Assembly (NCBI RefSeq): GCF_006345805.1
Contig: NC_043020.1
Span: 9,424,001 to 9,488,000 of the forward strand
Length of the DNA: 64,000 bases
Direction: 5' to 3'
Origin: Octopus sinensis
Lineage: Eukaryota
Made by a program: the position numbers and the translations under genes. The notes beneath the pieces were generated by a model. The model was not told the origin of the DNA, made no database searches, and was given only the letters and a program-made list of their open reading frames with translations. This document shows positions 11,637-23,864 of this stretch, piece after piece. The stretch's first letter is position 1. The number at the start of each line of letters is the position of its first letter.

Positions 11637-11710
11637 GATAATAATAATAATGAAATTATTGTATACAGTGCTCAGGTGCACCACAACTTGTCAGAAAGTG
11701 CATATAAAGT
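11637..11710 (-). mobile_element. Very short CR1 LINE 3' end with (ATT)n tail
   Basis: Matches the last ~75 nt of the CR1 tail at 20300-20373. Confidence 0.75.
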
Positions 11711-11852
11711 TGCATTTCAGGGCAACATTATTAAGGGGGTAAAGAGTTTATTGTGAAGAGATTAAACATTATATTGAGTCTCTTTGTTTCGAAACCTGAA
11801 GAATTTGCCAAGGAAATGAGATTATGTTATCAATAACGAAGGGAATATTATC

Positions 11853-12167
11853 TTATAATAATAATAATGAAATTATTGTATACAGTGCTCAGGTGCACCA
11901 CAACTTGTCAGAAAGTGCATATAAAGTACATGCAGTAATGTAGAAATGTCTGGAAAGCGAACAATGTATGAGTCAGATACATGCTTGTGTGTGTGTATGG
12001 AGGGGAGAAAATCAAGTGTAGTGTTGGCGAATCTCAGGAAGCATGGAAGTTTTGAAGGATGCAGTGCTCCGACAACTAACAACTGATGCCGGCAGTTTGT
12101 TCCATGCTTCAGCAACTCTCAGCGTGAAAAAAATGTTTTCTGAAGTCATGGGAGCTGTGCTGTTTTA
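11853..12167 (-). mobile_element. CR1 LINE 3' end (ORF2 C-terminus, 3' UTR, (ATT)n tail)
   Basis: Reverse complement of 20060-20373; encodes FFTLRVAEAWNKLPASVVSC. Confidence 0.85.
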
Positions 12168-12196
12168 TCTCCATGGTTATCGTTTCTAGTCATATG

Positions 12197-12362
12197 ATTG
12201 GCGGCGAACTGGCAGAGACGTTAGCGCGCCGGGCGAAATGCTTAGCAGTATCTCGTCTGTCGTTACGTTCTGTGTTCAAATTCCGCCAAGGTCAACTTTG
12301 CCTTTCATCCTTTCGGGGTCGATAAAATAAAGTACCAGTTTCGCACTGGGATCGATGTAATC
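12197..12362 (+). mobile_element. SINE family S2, 3'-truncated
   Basis: GGCGGCGAACTGGCAGAGACGTTAGC...CCTTTCATCCTTTCGGGGTCGATAAA. Confidence 0.8.
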
Positions 12363-12499
12363 GGTCAATGTAATGATGCATTGTTTCAAACAGAGAATAC
12401 TTTGAAGGTGATAAAAATGTCCTGATGTAAATCTTAGTGAATAAAATAATATTGCAAAATTCTGGTTTCTTTTGAGTACCTCCTCGTTCAAGGCTGTTG

Positions 12500-12921
12500 G
12501 GATCTTTTCGGTTTGAACGGCAGTTTTTTTAAAAATAATTTCCACATAACTAAACACTTTTAAACTTCGTATACTGGTAGAATGTGTTTATAAAACATCT
12601 TTTTCTCTTGGCTTTATTGAGAAAGTTCTATGGTTTGTAAGATATTTATTGTTTTTTTTTTCTTCAATTTCTGCAATTTCAACCAATCAATGATGTCCAT
12701 TGAGGTAAAAAAAACATTCTGTGCCGTATGAATATATCCCTCGTTTAAGAAACAGATTGGGTTTACTTATATTTCTGAAGAAAAAAAAATGATACTCTTC
12801 CCCCCCACCTCTAACCCTAACCCTAAAACAGATTGAATAGATCGATACTAGGGTCATAATTATGGGTGACAATTTCATATGACACCGCTAGGAAAAACTG
12901 CAGTTCAAACCAAAAAGATCC
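12500..12921 (+). mobile_element. Intact 8-bp-TSD MITE (about 422 bp) with CCCTAA repeats
   Basis: TIRs of about 30 bp; TSD GGCTGTTG at 12492-12499 and 12922-12929. Confidence 0.9.
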
Positions 12922-13051
12922 GGCTGTTGTAATAGTCAGCAGTTTAGTAATTCAAACAGAATGACAAAAACAAAATGTTCCTGTGCCATTAGATGTGTGT
13001 CTCTTAGGGAAAGCTACTTGCTAGAAAGTGAAGCTATACAGCTTGTGGAGT

Positions 13052-13440
13052 GGAGGCGCAATGGCCCAGTGGTTAGGGCAGCGGACTCGCGGTCATAGGA
13101 TCGCGGTTTCGATTCCCAGACCGGGCGTTGTGAGTGTTTATTGAGCGAAAACCCCTAAAGCTCCACGAGGCTCCGGCAGGGGATGGTGGTGATCCCTGCT
13201 GTACTCTTTCACCACAACTTTCTCTCACTCTTACTTCCTGTTTCTGTTGTACCTGTATTTCAAAGGGCTGGCCTTGTCACTCTCTGTGTCACGCTGAATA
13301 TCCCCGAGAATTACGTTAAGGGTACACGTGTCTGTGGAGTGCTCAGCCACTTACACGTTGATTTCACGAGCAGGCTGTTCCGTAGATTTGGATCAACCGG
13401 AACCCTCACTGTCGTAACCGACGGAGTGCTTCCACATTTG
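13052..13440 (+). mobile_element. Full-length tRNA-derived SINE, family S3
   Basis: Head GGAGGCGCAATGGCCCAGTGGTTAGGGCAGCGGACTCG...GGTTTCGATTCCC (A and B boxes). Confidence 0.85.
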
Positions 13441-13734
13441 TGGAAGTGAAGGAAAACTGATTGTGATGTTCTCTCAGAGTTCCTATTTATACATATGGGA
13501 AGAACCAAATGTATGTTCAAGAACAAAGAAATGTATATGACTTATCTATCATAACCCTAAAATAACTAGAATTTCAACCCAAAGGAACCAAGACAGTTGA
13601 CAAGTGATCTCATAAATTTCCGAGTATTAATGCTAAGACAAAGAAAAGGATGTCATAGGAAAATCTAGGTTAAGGTTTCCATTCTTGGCTATGAATCTAC
13701 AAAACGATCCCTTATACACATACATATTTTATCG

Positions 13735-14100
13735 GAGGCGCAATGGCCCAGTGGTTAGGGCAGCAGACTCGCGGTTTTGATTCCCAGACCGGGCGTTGTG
13801 AGTGTTTATTGAGCGAAAACACCTAAAGCTTCACGAGGCTCCGGCAGGGGATGGTGGTGATCCCTGCTGTACTCTTTCACCACAACTTTCTCTCACTTTT
13901 TCTTCCTGTTTCTGTTGTACCTGTATTTTCAAAGGGCCAGCCTTGTCATACTCTGTTGTCACGCTGAATCTCCTCGAGAACTACGTTAAGGGTAACGTGC
14001 TTGTGGAGTGCTCAGCCACTTGCACGTTAATTCCACGAGCAGGCTGTTCCGTTGATCGTATCAGCTGGGACCCTCATTGTCGTAACCGACGGAGTGCTCC
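13735..14100 (+). mobile_element. Full-length SINE, family S3
   Basis: Same head and tail as 13052-13440. Confidence 0.85.
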
Positions 14101-14380
14101 TTACATATTTTATCATCTAAGAATCCTTGGCTATTTATCTGATTCATCAAATATCTTGTGCAAAATGATACAATCAGCTGAAATGAAGGTATTTTACAGC
14201 TTAATTTCATGTAAAAGTCAAGTCCATTCAAAGTTTTCAAGGAAACTATTTATTAATACATGGACATTACAATAATAACAAAAATAATGATTACAATAAT
14301 AATAAATAAACCTTTTGAAACGAACACACACAAGGTCACCACTGGTTTTATGATAAAAAGTCCTACATTAAAATTATATA

Positions 14381-14785
14381 AATTTGCTGTGTAGTAAGAA
14401 GCTTGCTTCCCTACCATATGGTTCCAGGTTCAGTCCCACTGCATGGCACCTTGAGCAAGTGTCTTCTACTATAGCCTCAGGCCAACCAAAGCTTTGTGAG
14501 ATGATTTGGTAGACGGAAACTGAAAGAAGCTTGTCGTATATATGTATATATATATATATGTGTGTATGTGTTTGTGTGTCTGTCTTTGTCCCCCTAGCAT
14601 TGCTTGACAACCGATGCTGGTGTGTTTACGTCCCCGTCACTTAGCGGTTCGGCAAAAGAGACCGATAGAATAGGAACTGGGATTACAAAGAATAAGTTCC
14701 GGGGTCGATTTGCTCGACTAAAGGCGGTGCTCCAGCATGGCCGCAGTCAAATGACTGAAACAAGTAAAAGAGAAAGAGAAAGAGA
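14381..14785 (+). mobile_element. SINE family S1
   Basis: tRNA-like head, (TA)n(TG)n middle, tail CAAATGACTGAAACAAGTAAAAGAG. Confidence 0.85.
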
Positions 14786-15084
14786 TATAAAGGTATAGCT
14801 CCTTTTTACCAGCTGGGTAGACTGGATAAATGTGAAATAAAGTGTCTTGCTCAAGGACACAACACACTGACAGGAATTGAACTCACAAACTTATGATGAT
14901 TGTGAGCCAAATATCCTATCCACTGAACCATGCACATTCAATTGAGGTAAATGTGATTACATACCTGGAGGTGAAACTGCACGCTTTTCAGGTGCAGATA
15001 TGATTCTTAATTGGATTGTTCTCATAAATGGAATTTGCTTTGAATTGGATTATGTTGCAATAAAAGGCATTATAAATTAGCGCC

Positions 15085-15660
15085 GCTTTGACTGGCTTCC
15101 ATGTCGGTGGCATGTAAAAAGCACCATCCGAATTGTGGCCGAAGCCAGCGCCGCCTCAACTGGCTTCTGTGCAGGTGGCATGTAAAATGCACCAATCCGA
15201 CCGTGGCCGATGCCAGCCTCGCCTGGCACCAGTGCAGGTGGCACGTAAAAAGCACCCATTACACTCTCGGAGTGGTTGGCGTTAGGAAGGGCATCCAGCT
15301 GTAGAAACACCGCCAGATAAGACCGGAGCCTGGTGCAGCCTTCTGGCTTCCCAGATCCCTGGTCGAACCGTCCAACCTATGCTAGCATGGAGAACGGACG
15401 TTAAACGATGATGATGATGATAATGACATCCGAGCGTGATCGTTGCCAGAGCAGCCAACTGGCCCCATGCCAGTGGCACGTAAAAGGCACCCACTACACT
15501 CTTGGAGTGGTTGGCATTAGGAAGGGCATCCAGCTGCAGAAACTCTGCCAGATCAAGATTGGAGCCTGGTGCGGCTGTCCGGTTCGCCAGCCCTCAGTCA
15601 AAATCGTCCAACCCATGGACGATTTCTAGCATGGAAGGCAGACGTTAAACGATGATGACT
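15085..15660 (+). mobile_element. Two tandem S4 SINE-like elements; the first contains the segmental-duplication breakpoint at about 15165
   Basis: Two (GAT)n tails near 15405-15422 and 15650-15660. Confidence 0.8.
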
Positions 15661-15833
15661 ATGGCTTTTTATGGCTGGCTGCCCTAACCATCACCATCAA
15701 TTTCAGTGTGTACTCTATGTATTTTATTGTGGAACCAGCACAAAATTGGTTGTTATGTTGCTAGCAGCATTAGAGTGTTGATGTCTCTGTTCACTTACTA
15801 CTCACTTCACATCGTGTAATCTTAGCAGATGAG

Positions 15834-18800
15834 TCATTGATTACAGATATCATTGTGATGTAGCTTTTTGTTAGAAGGATTACATTTGTGTTTGGTTAAA
15901 GATGAATTTTGAGAAAATGATTTACCGCAGTTATCACAGTGATATGGTTTATCTCCTGTATGAATGTATTTGTGAATAGTTAATGTGTTACTTACAGAGA
16001 ATGATTTACCACAGATATTACACTGGTAAGGTTTTTCACCTGTATGAATGCGGTTGTGCTTAGTGACATCACTATTTTGAGAGAAAGATTTACCACAAAT
16101 ATCGCACTTGTAGGGTCTATCTCCTGTATGAGTGCGTCTGTGAATTGTTAAGTGAGCTGTTTGAGAGAATGATTTATCACACATCTCACAGTGATATGGT
16201 TTCTCACCCGTGTGAGTACGACTGTGAACAGTTAAATGACCTGTCTGAGTGAAGGATTTACCACAGACGTTACAGCGATATGCTTTCTCTCTGGTATGAG
16301 ATTTATTGTGTCTTGTTAACTGACCTTTTTGAGAGAATGATTTACCACAGATATCACAGTGGTACGGTTTTTCCCCTGTATGAATACGTTTGTGAACAGT
16401 CAATACGTATCTGTAAGTGAATGATTTATCACAGATATCACAGCGAAATACTTTTTGTGTTGCATGAACGTATCTCTTGTGTGTCGTTAACCGACTTGCT
16501 TTTGCAAACGACTTGCCGCATATGCCACACTCAAATGATTTTCCTTCTGTATGAACACATTTGTGAACAGTCAATGCACTTGCATGAGCAAACGATCTAC
16601 CGCAGGTATCACAGTGATATGGTCTTTCACCTGTGTGAATACGCTTGTGACAATTTAACGCACTTTTGTAAGCAAATAATTTACCACAGATGTCACAGTG
16701 ATACGGTTTCTCCCCGGTATGAACACGCTGTGAAGATTTAGTGAACTGCGATGAATGAACGATTTACCACAGATATCGCAATGATATGGTTTCTCTTTTG
16801 TATGAATGCACCTTCTGTGCATCGTTAACTGACTCGTTTGAGTGAATGATTTACCACAAATGTCACAGTGATATGGCTTTTCTCCGGAATGAATTCTTTT
16901 GTGAACAGTTAACGCACTTGAAGAAGTGAACGATTTACCACAGATATCACAATGGTGTAGTCTTTCCCCTGTATGAATACGTTTGTGAACAGTTAATGTA
17001 CATCCATAGCTAAATGATTTACCACAGATATCACACTGATAAGGTTTCTTCCCAGTGTGAATTTGTTTGTGAATAGTTAATGTACTCCCAGAAATGAATG
17101 ATTTACCACAGATATCACACTGATACGGTTTCTTCCCAGTATGAATTTGTTTGTGAATAGTTAATGTACTCCCAGAAATGAATGCTTTATCACAGATATC
17201 AAAGTGATGTGGTTTTTCTTGAGAATGAGTGTGTTTCTTGTGCAACATTAATTCACTTTCTCCAGGGAATGATTTACCACAGATCGCACAGTGAAATAGC
17301 TTGTCTCTCGAATGAATACACTCGTGAACAGTTAATCCACTTCCATCAGAGAAAGATTTACCACAGATATCGCAGGTAAATACTTTTTGTGTTGCATGAA
17401 CGTATCTCTTGTGTGTCGTTAACCGACTTGCTTTTGCGAACGACTTGCCGCATATGCCACACTCAAATGATTTTCCTTCTGTATGAACACATTTGTGAAC
17501 AGTCAATGCACTTGCATGAGCAAACGATCTACCGCAGGTATCACAGTGATATGGTCTTTCACCTGTGTGAATACGCTTGTGACAATTTAACGCACTTTTG
17601 TAAGCAAATAATTTACCACAGATGTCACAGTGATACGGTTTCTCCCCGGTATGAACACGCCTGTGAAGATTTAGTGAACCGCGATGAATGAACGATTTAC
17701 CACAGATATCGCAATGATATGGTTTCTCTTTTGTATGAATGCACCTTCTGTGCATCGTTAACTGACTCGTTTGAGTGAATGATTTACCACAAATGTCACA
17801 GTGATATGGCTTTTCTCCGGAATGAATTCTTTTGTGAACAGTTAACGCACTTGAAGAAGTGAACGATTTACCACAGATATCACAATGGTGTAGTCTTTCC
17901 CCTGTATGAATACGTTTGTGAACAGTTAATGTACATCCATAGCTAAATGATTTACCACAGATATCACACTGATAAGGTTTCTTCCCAGTGTGAATTTGTT
18001 TGTGAATAGTTAATGTACTCCCAGAAATGAATGATTTACCACAGATATCACACTGATACGGTTTCTTCCCAGTATGAATTTGTTTGTGAATAGTTAATGT
18101 ACTCCCAGAAATGAATGATTTATCACAGATATCAAAGTGATGTGGTTTTTCTTGAGAATGAGTGTGTTTCTTGTGCAACATTAATTCACTTTCTCCAGGG
18201 AATGATTTACCACAGATCGCACAGTGAAATAGCTTGTCTCTCGAATGAATACACTCGTGAACAGTTAATCCACTTCCATCAGAGAAAGATTTACCACAGA
18301 TATCGCAGGTATATGGTTTCTCACCTGTATGCAAGCGTCTCTTGTGTGTTGTTAACTGGCTCGTTTGAGTGAATGTTTTGCCACAGATATTGCAGTGGTA
18401 AGGCTTCTCCCCTGTATGAATACGTTTGTGAATAGTCAATGTACCTCTACAACCGAACGACTTACCGCAGCTATCGCAGTGATATAATTTCTCTCCTGTG
18501 TGAGTATGTTTGTGTTTAGTCAAAGTATTACCATCAACAAATACTTTACCGCAAATATCACAGTGATACGGTTTTTCTCCAGTATGAAAACGTTTGTGAA
18601 CAGTTAATTTGCTTTTATAAGTGAATGATTTACTACAAATATCACAGCGATACGGTTCCTCTCCTGTATGAATACGCTTATGAATTGTTATGCTGCTACC
18701 ATTACTGAAAGATTTACCACAGATATTGCACTGATATGGCTTCTCTCCTGTATGAACACGTCTGTGAGAGTTTAAATGAACTTTTTGAAAGAATGACTTA

Positions 18801-19381
18801 CCACAGGTATCACAGTGATACGACTTCTCACCTGTATGAATAATTTTGTGTTTAGTCAAATTACCTCTGTCAGAGAATGATTCGCCACAAATGTTACACT
18901 GATATGGTTTCTCTCCTGTATGAATACGTATGTGTCGTGTTAGGCCATTAGTGTGAGAGAATGATTTACCACAGATATCACAGTGATATGGCCTTTCACC
19001 TGTATGTGTACGTTTGTGACCAGTTAAGTGACCTCTTAGAGAGAATGATTTACCGCAGATATCACAGCTGTGAGGTCTCTCTCCAGTATGGAGATGCTTG
19101 TGAGTAATTAATGTACGTATTCGAGTGAATGATTTACCGCAGATATCACAGCCGTGTGGCTTCTCCCCTGTATGTAGATATCTATGTTCAGTTAAGTTAA
19201 GTTTTAGAGTGAATGATTTACCACAGATATCACAATGATATCGTTTCTTTGCTTTCTCTTTTTTGTTAATGCATTTATGAGTAGCAAGCTTACTTTCCTG
19301 AGGAAATGACTTTTTACACCTATCACAATGGTACGATGATTTTCCGGTCGATTTTGGCAATTCTTCAGGGAAATTCATCAT
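15834..19381 (-). pseudogene. C2H2 ZNF paralogue B, copy 1: 41 finger units after a 933-bp internal duplication; a 1-bp deletion near 16728 splits it into 908-aa and 246-aa ORFs (real frameshift or sequencing error)
   Basis: ORFs 16655-19381 and 15834-16574 match the intact 870-aa copy at 59708-62320. The duplicated blocks are 17378-18310 and 16445-17377. Confidence 0.85.
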
Positions 19382-19739
19382 CCTTCTATATCTTCTTTTC
19401 TCAGGACTAGATATGGATTGTTTTTCATTTGTTAGTCAAAACTTTATTACTGCAATGTACTTTGATAGTTCTTGCAAATTTAAACGGAGCACAAAATCAG
19501 CTTGTACAGATTCGAAGGTAACGAAGGGGCAAAAATGTCACTCTCACAAAAAATATTTCTCAGTTTTTCAGGATGACATTTTACTAAAATCTTTAAAAGG
19601 TTATAAATATTGACGATCTATCTTTGCGGATGCTATCTGGTATTCTGAAATGAGAGAGAAATAGTTTAAGATATTGAAGAAAATTTTTTTAAAAATTAGA
19701 AATTTAACAGTGAAATTTTTGTACAATTCTCTATTGATA

Positions 19740-20373
19740 TCAGCTATCTATCTGCAGCTTTATATAGCTATGTAAGACCTCACCTGGAATTTGCATCACC
19801 GGTCTGGAACCCCTATCTTGCCCAGGATATCAATCGTCTGGAAACTGTTCAGCGACGTGCAACCAAAAGAATACCCTCCATCAGGCATTTGCCATATCCT
19901 GAACGCCTTACTTCCCTGGGCATGGACAGATTGAAACTCTGACGTCTGGCAGCTGACCTGGCAGACACCCATAAAATTATCAACCATCGTACAAACAATA
20001 ACTCTGAGCACCTTTTCAAACTCCACCCATCTAACACCCGTGGACATATTTACAAAGTAAGAAAACAGCACAGCTCCCATGACTTTCGGAAACATTTTTT
20101 CACGCTGAGAGTTGCTGAAGCATGGAACAAACTGCCGGCATCAGTTGTTAGTTGTCAGAGCACTGAATCCTTCAAAACTTCCATGCTTCCTGAGATTCGC
20201 CAACACTACACTTGATTTTCTCCCCTCCATACACACACGGGCATGTATCTGTCTCATACATTGTTCGCTTTCCAGACATTTCTACATTACTGCATGTACT
20301 TTATATGCACTTTCTGACAAGTTGTGGTGCACCTGAGCACTCTATACAATAATTTCATTATTATTATTATTAT
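19740..20373 (+). mobile_element. 5'-truncated CR1 LINE (ORF2 C-terminus, 3' UTR, (ATT)n), present only in unit 1
   Basis: Encodes VRPHLEFASPVWNPYLAQDINRLETVQRRATK...WNKLP with one internal stop; the equivalent site near 41360 is empty. Confidence 0.9.
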
Positions 20374-21069
20374 ATAAATTATAATTTTTTACCACCACAA
20401 CTGAACATTACTTTTTGCATGTCAACATATTTAGATTGGGTAACACTACACATATTACAATAAACAATAGTGATTATACATTACATCTGGACTAATACCT
20501 TCTAGTGGAAATTTACGGATTTTCCATACACACAGGAAGCAGGTAAGAAGAAATATGCAAGGCCTTTTTTTTCTCTGAGTTTAAAATGCGACATTGTTTT
20601 TGTTATGTCTACATTCCACACGCATAAATACAGGACAAACACGCACGAACACATACACAGACGTACACCAACTAGCTTACTCCTCCATTTCGACATGTCA
20701 AACAGAAAACAAGCAGGTGACAAGACAAATGGTGCTCACGGAAACTATTGAACATTTGTTGATGTTCCTCCTACGCAAAACGAAGAATGGCCAAGCAGGC
20801 ATTTTATGTAGGCTATTCGTTTGTAATCTTGATTTCTTAGTTGATTTCGTATTGATGTTTTCAAAAATACAGATCAGTATATTTATATATATACAGTTAT
20901 CCTGTACATAAAACTCGGGACATGGAAATTGTTATTTATTTGAAGTTCAATATAATTATTATATTCTTGTAGAAAATATCTTTTGCCAATGTCGCTATGA
21001 GTTTTTACATTTCTATAATTACTGCCTAAAGAAATATCTTCTCCCACCTTTGATTTTACATCAATATAA

Positions 21070-21675
21070 TTACCTATTTCTTTACTACCCACAAGGGGCT
21101 AAACACAGAGGAGACAAACAAGGACAGACGGATTAAGTCGATTATATCGACCCCAGTGCGTAACTGGTACTTATTTAATCGACCCCGAAAGGATGAAAGG
21201 CAAAGTCGACCTCGGCGGGATTTGAACTCAGAACATAACAGCAGACGAAATACCTATTTCTTTACTACCCACAAGGGGCTAAACACAGAAAGGACAAACA
21301 AGGACAGACAAAGGGATTAAGTCGATTATATCGACCCCCAGTGCGTAACTGGTATTTAATTTATCGACCCCCGAAAGGATGAAAGGCAAAGTCGACCTCG
21401 GCGGGAATTGAACTCAGAACGTATTGGCAGACGGAATACGTATTTCTTTACTACCCACAAGGGGCTAAACACAGAGGGGACAAACAAGGACAGACAGACG
21501 GATTAAGTCGATTACATCGACCCCAGTGCGTAACTGGTACTTAATTTAATCGACCCCGAAAGGATAAAAAGGCAAAGTCGACCTCGGCGGGATTTGAACT
21601 CAGAACGTAGCGGCAGACGGAATTACGGCTACGCATTTCGCCCGGCGCGCTAACGCTTCTGCCAGCTCGCCTCCT
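21070..21675 (-). mobile_element. SINE S2 head followed by three tandem body units of about 180 bp
   Basis: TATTTCTTTACTACCCACAAGGGGCT restarts near 21075, 21255 and 21441; head at about 21620-21675. Confidence 0.85.
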
Positions 21676-22000
21676 TCCCTTCCATATAATTACCTGATTA
21701 TCCTCCAACGCCATTCTTCTCCTCCAGACATTAAATTCACTTATACAACATACTGTCTGTCTCCCACACCCCATCAAACACACACAGGCCGATTTCAAAG
21801 AGAAACCTTCTCATCGTAAAATCGCTTCCTCTTAGTCTCTTTCGCTCTCATTACTTATGTAAAAAAATAAAAGTTTTTTACGGAAATCGACGGAAATCTG
21901 TGCTACTACAACCGAAACTACTACAACCGAAACTATGCCTAAATTCCTGCATTCAAAGAAAGGCAAGAATTCCACCGAAACAAACGTTTAGTCGACTTAC

Positions 22001-22250
22001 CCTTTTCGCATGCAGACAGCGAATCGGTGTGTTGTACGTTTTTACCAAAGTAAATATCTGTTAGAACGAGGTTTACCAATGTTTTACCAATTTTTCACTC
22101 CAGCATCATTCAAAGAGAAACCAATTTCCTTCTTCCATAAAATCCTAATTTAATACAATGAACGAGTGGAGCTGACTTTATGTCTCCAGCCGCAGTTTCG
22201 ATGTCGAACGTTACAACTTCAGTGGTTACGTCCCCTTGCAGATACTTAAA
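22001..22250 (-). promoter_or_regulatory. Predicted leader exon of ZNF-B1 (5' limit uncertain)
   Basis: Conserved with paralogues A and C; 34-nt block at 22167-22200. Confidence 0.65.
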
Positions 22251-22384
22251 AGTCACAGGAGTGAACTGGATGTTGCGAGTGGTGAAGCGATTTTTCGTAG
22301 ATAAAATATTCATATCAGACTAGCATTAGGACCCGTCGTTGCCGGATCATAGTGCTAGTGCATGTATATATATATATATATATA

Positions 22385-22745
22385 CTCTCTTTTACTTGTT
22401 TCAGTCATTTGACTGCGGCCATGCTGGAGCACCGCCTTTAGTCGAGCAAATCGACTCCGGGACTTATTCTTTGTAAGCCCAGTACTTATTCTATCGGTCT
22501 CTTTTGGCGAACCGCTAAGTGACGGGGACGTAAACACACCAGCATCGGTTGTCAAGCAATGCTAGAGGGACAAACACAGACATGACAGGCTTCTTTCAGT
22601 TTCCGTCTACCAAATCCACTCACAAGGCATTGGTCGGCCCAGGGCTATAGCAGAAGACACTTGCCCAAGGTGCCACGCAGTGGGACTGAACCTGGAACCA
22701 TGTGGTTGCTTAGCAAGCTACTTACCACACAGCCACTCCTGCGCC
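22385..22745 (-). mobile_element. SINE family S1
   Basis: Reverse complement of the S1 head and tail; second copy at about 43845-44205. Confidence 0.85.
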
Positions 22746-22999
22746 TGTATGTGTACATATTACGTGTACATCTATATATATACATCTACACATAAAATAC
22801 AAAATTATATCTTGATATCGCTAGTGATAACAATACTCAAAACATATAAGACTGGAATTGTAGGCCCGTTTCTTGCAATTTCGATCAATTGTATCTTGTC
22901 CTCCCTCTTGTATAGAAGTGTGGATACAATCCAGCCTACCTCTACTTCTGGGGGAAGATTTTAAATTTTTATCCGGGACGTCCTACGTCCCATATATAA

Positions 23000-23400
23000 A
23001 GGTAAAATAAAATATTTCCACTTTGCATGGTTCAAGTCGAGTACTCCCTTGCACGCTCTGTTGACTCGAACCTTGCTTCTATTGTGGCTAATTTACCGCC
23101 TCTGGTTAGATATCTTTCATAGTCACACCAAGACACTTTTCAATGGTGCTTTCCTCCAGATGTTCAAATCTTTTTTTTCTCTACATTGTATACTTTATAG
23201 ACAATAGTCTTCCCTTTAATTTAATTTTTTATTTCGTTTGGTGTGGTGTTATCCTAGATTCACCGTCTTTGTCGATGATCAATCCCAAATAGGTTTGTAT
23301 TTCTTCCATTTTAATTTTAATGAGTTCGCGCCCGCTGATGGCTGTAGTGAAATTCATTTTTGGACTTTCTTCTATCGAAAGCATTCTAACAAAAATGCAG
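23000..23400 (-). mobile_element. Possible highly decayed LINE RT fragment
   Basis: Minus-strand peptides LEESTIEKCLGVTM and QTYLGLIIDKDG resemble late RT motifs, but there are many stops. Confidence 0.25.
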
Positions 23401-23864
23401 CCATGTAAACGGTGAAAATATTGTCAATTTCCCCAAACAGGGACACAATTCAATTTTTAAACAATAACCAAAGCTCCTTCTTCCAAAGGGGGAGGGTTAC
23501 AGTTTACAATTATTTAACAAATGCAACACAACAACGTTTCCCTTACGAGAAACCAACAAACGTGATAACAATAGTTAAACAGTAATAATAATAACAACAA
23601 ACCTTACGGTGAATCAAAAAGCAGTACGCAGTTTATTTACAAGGCTTTGGTTGGCTTGGAGGATACAACAGAATTCACTTGACCAAAGTGCTGTGCGGTG
23701 TGACTGAACCTGGGACCACATGGTGGTGAAGTAAACATCTTAACCACACAACCATGCACTCCTGTGCATATATGCACACAAATACAATGGGCCTCCAACA
23801 GCTTCTGTACATGAAATTGAATCATCAGGTATCACTAAGCTCAGGATTCTTAAATCCTGGCCGA

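Larger units (their letters stand above)
19645..22000 (-). other. Predicted 5'-UTR intron of ZNF-B1
   Basis: Donor AAAAGG|GTAAGT (22000); acceptor CTATTTCTCTCTCATTTCAG| (19645). Confidence 0.7.

Noticed and set aside
11770-11830. CTGAAGA...GAAA as a hammerhead ribozyme or Penelope end
   Set aside because: No stem II pairing could be built by eye; a covariance-model search would be needed.
13052-13130. tRNA gene calls for the SINE heads (also 32720-32790 and 42040-42110)
   Set aside because: The A and B boxes run directly into SINE bodies, with no complete cloverleaf or acceptor stem evident.
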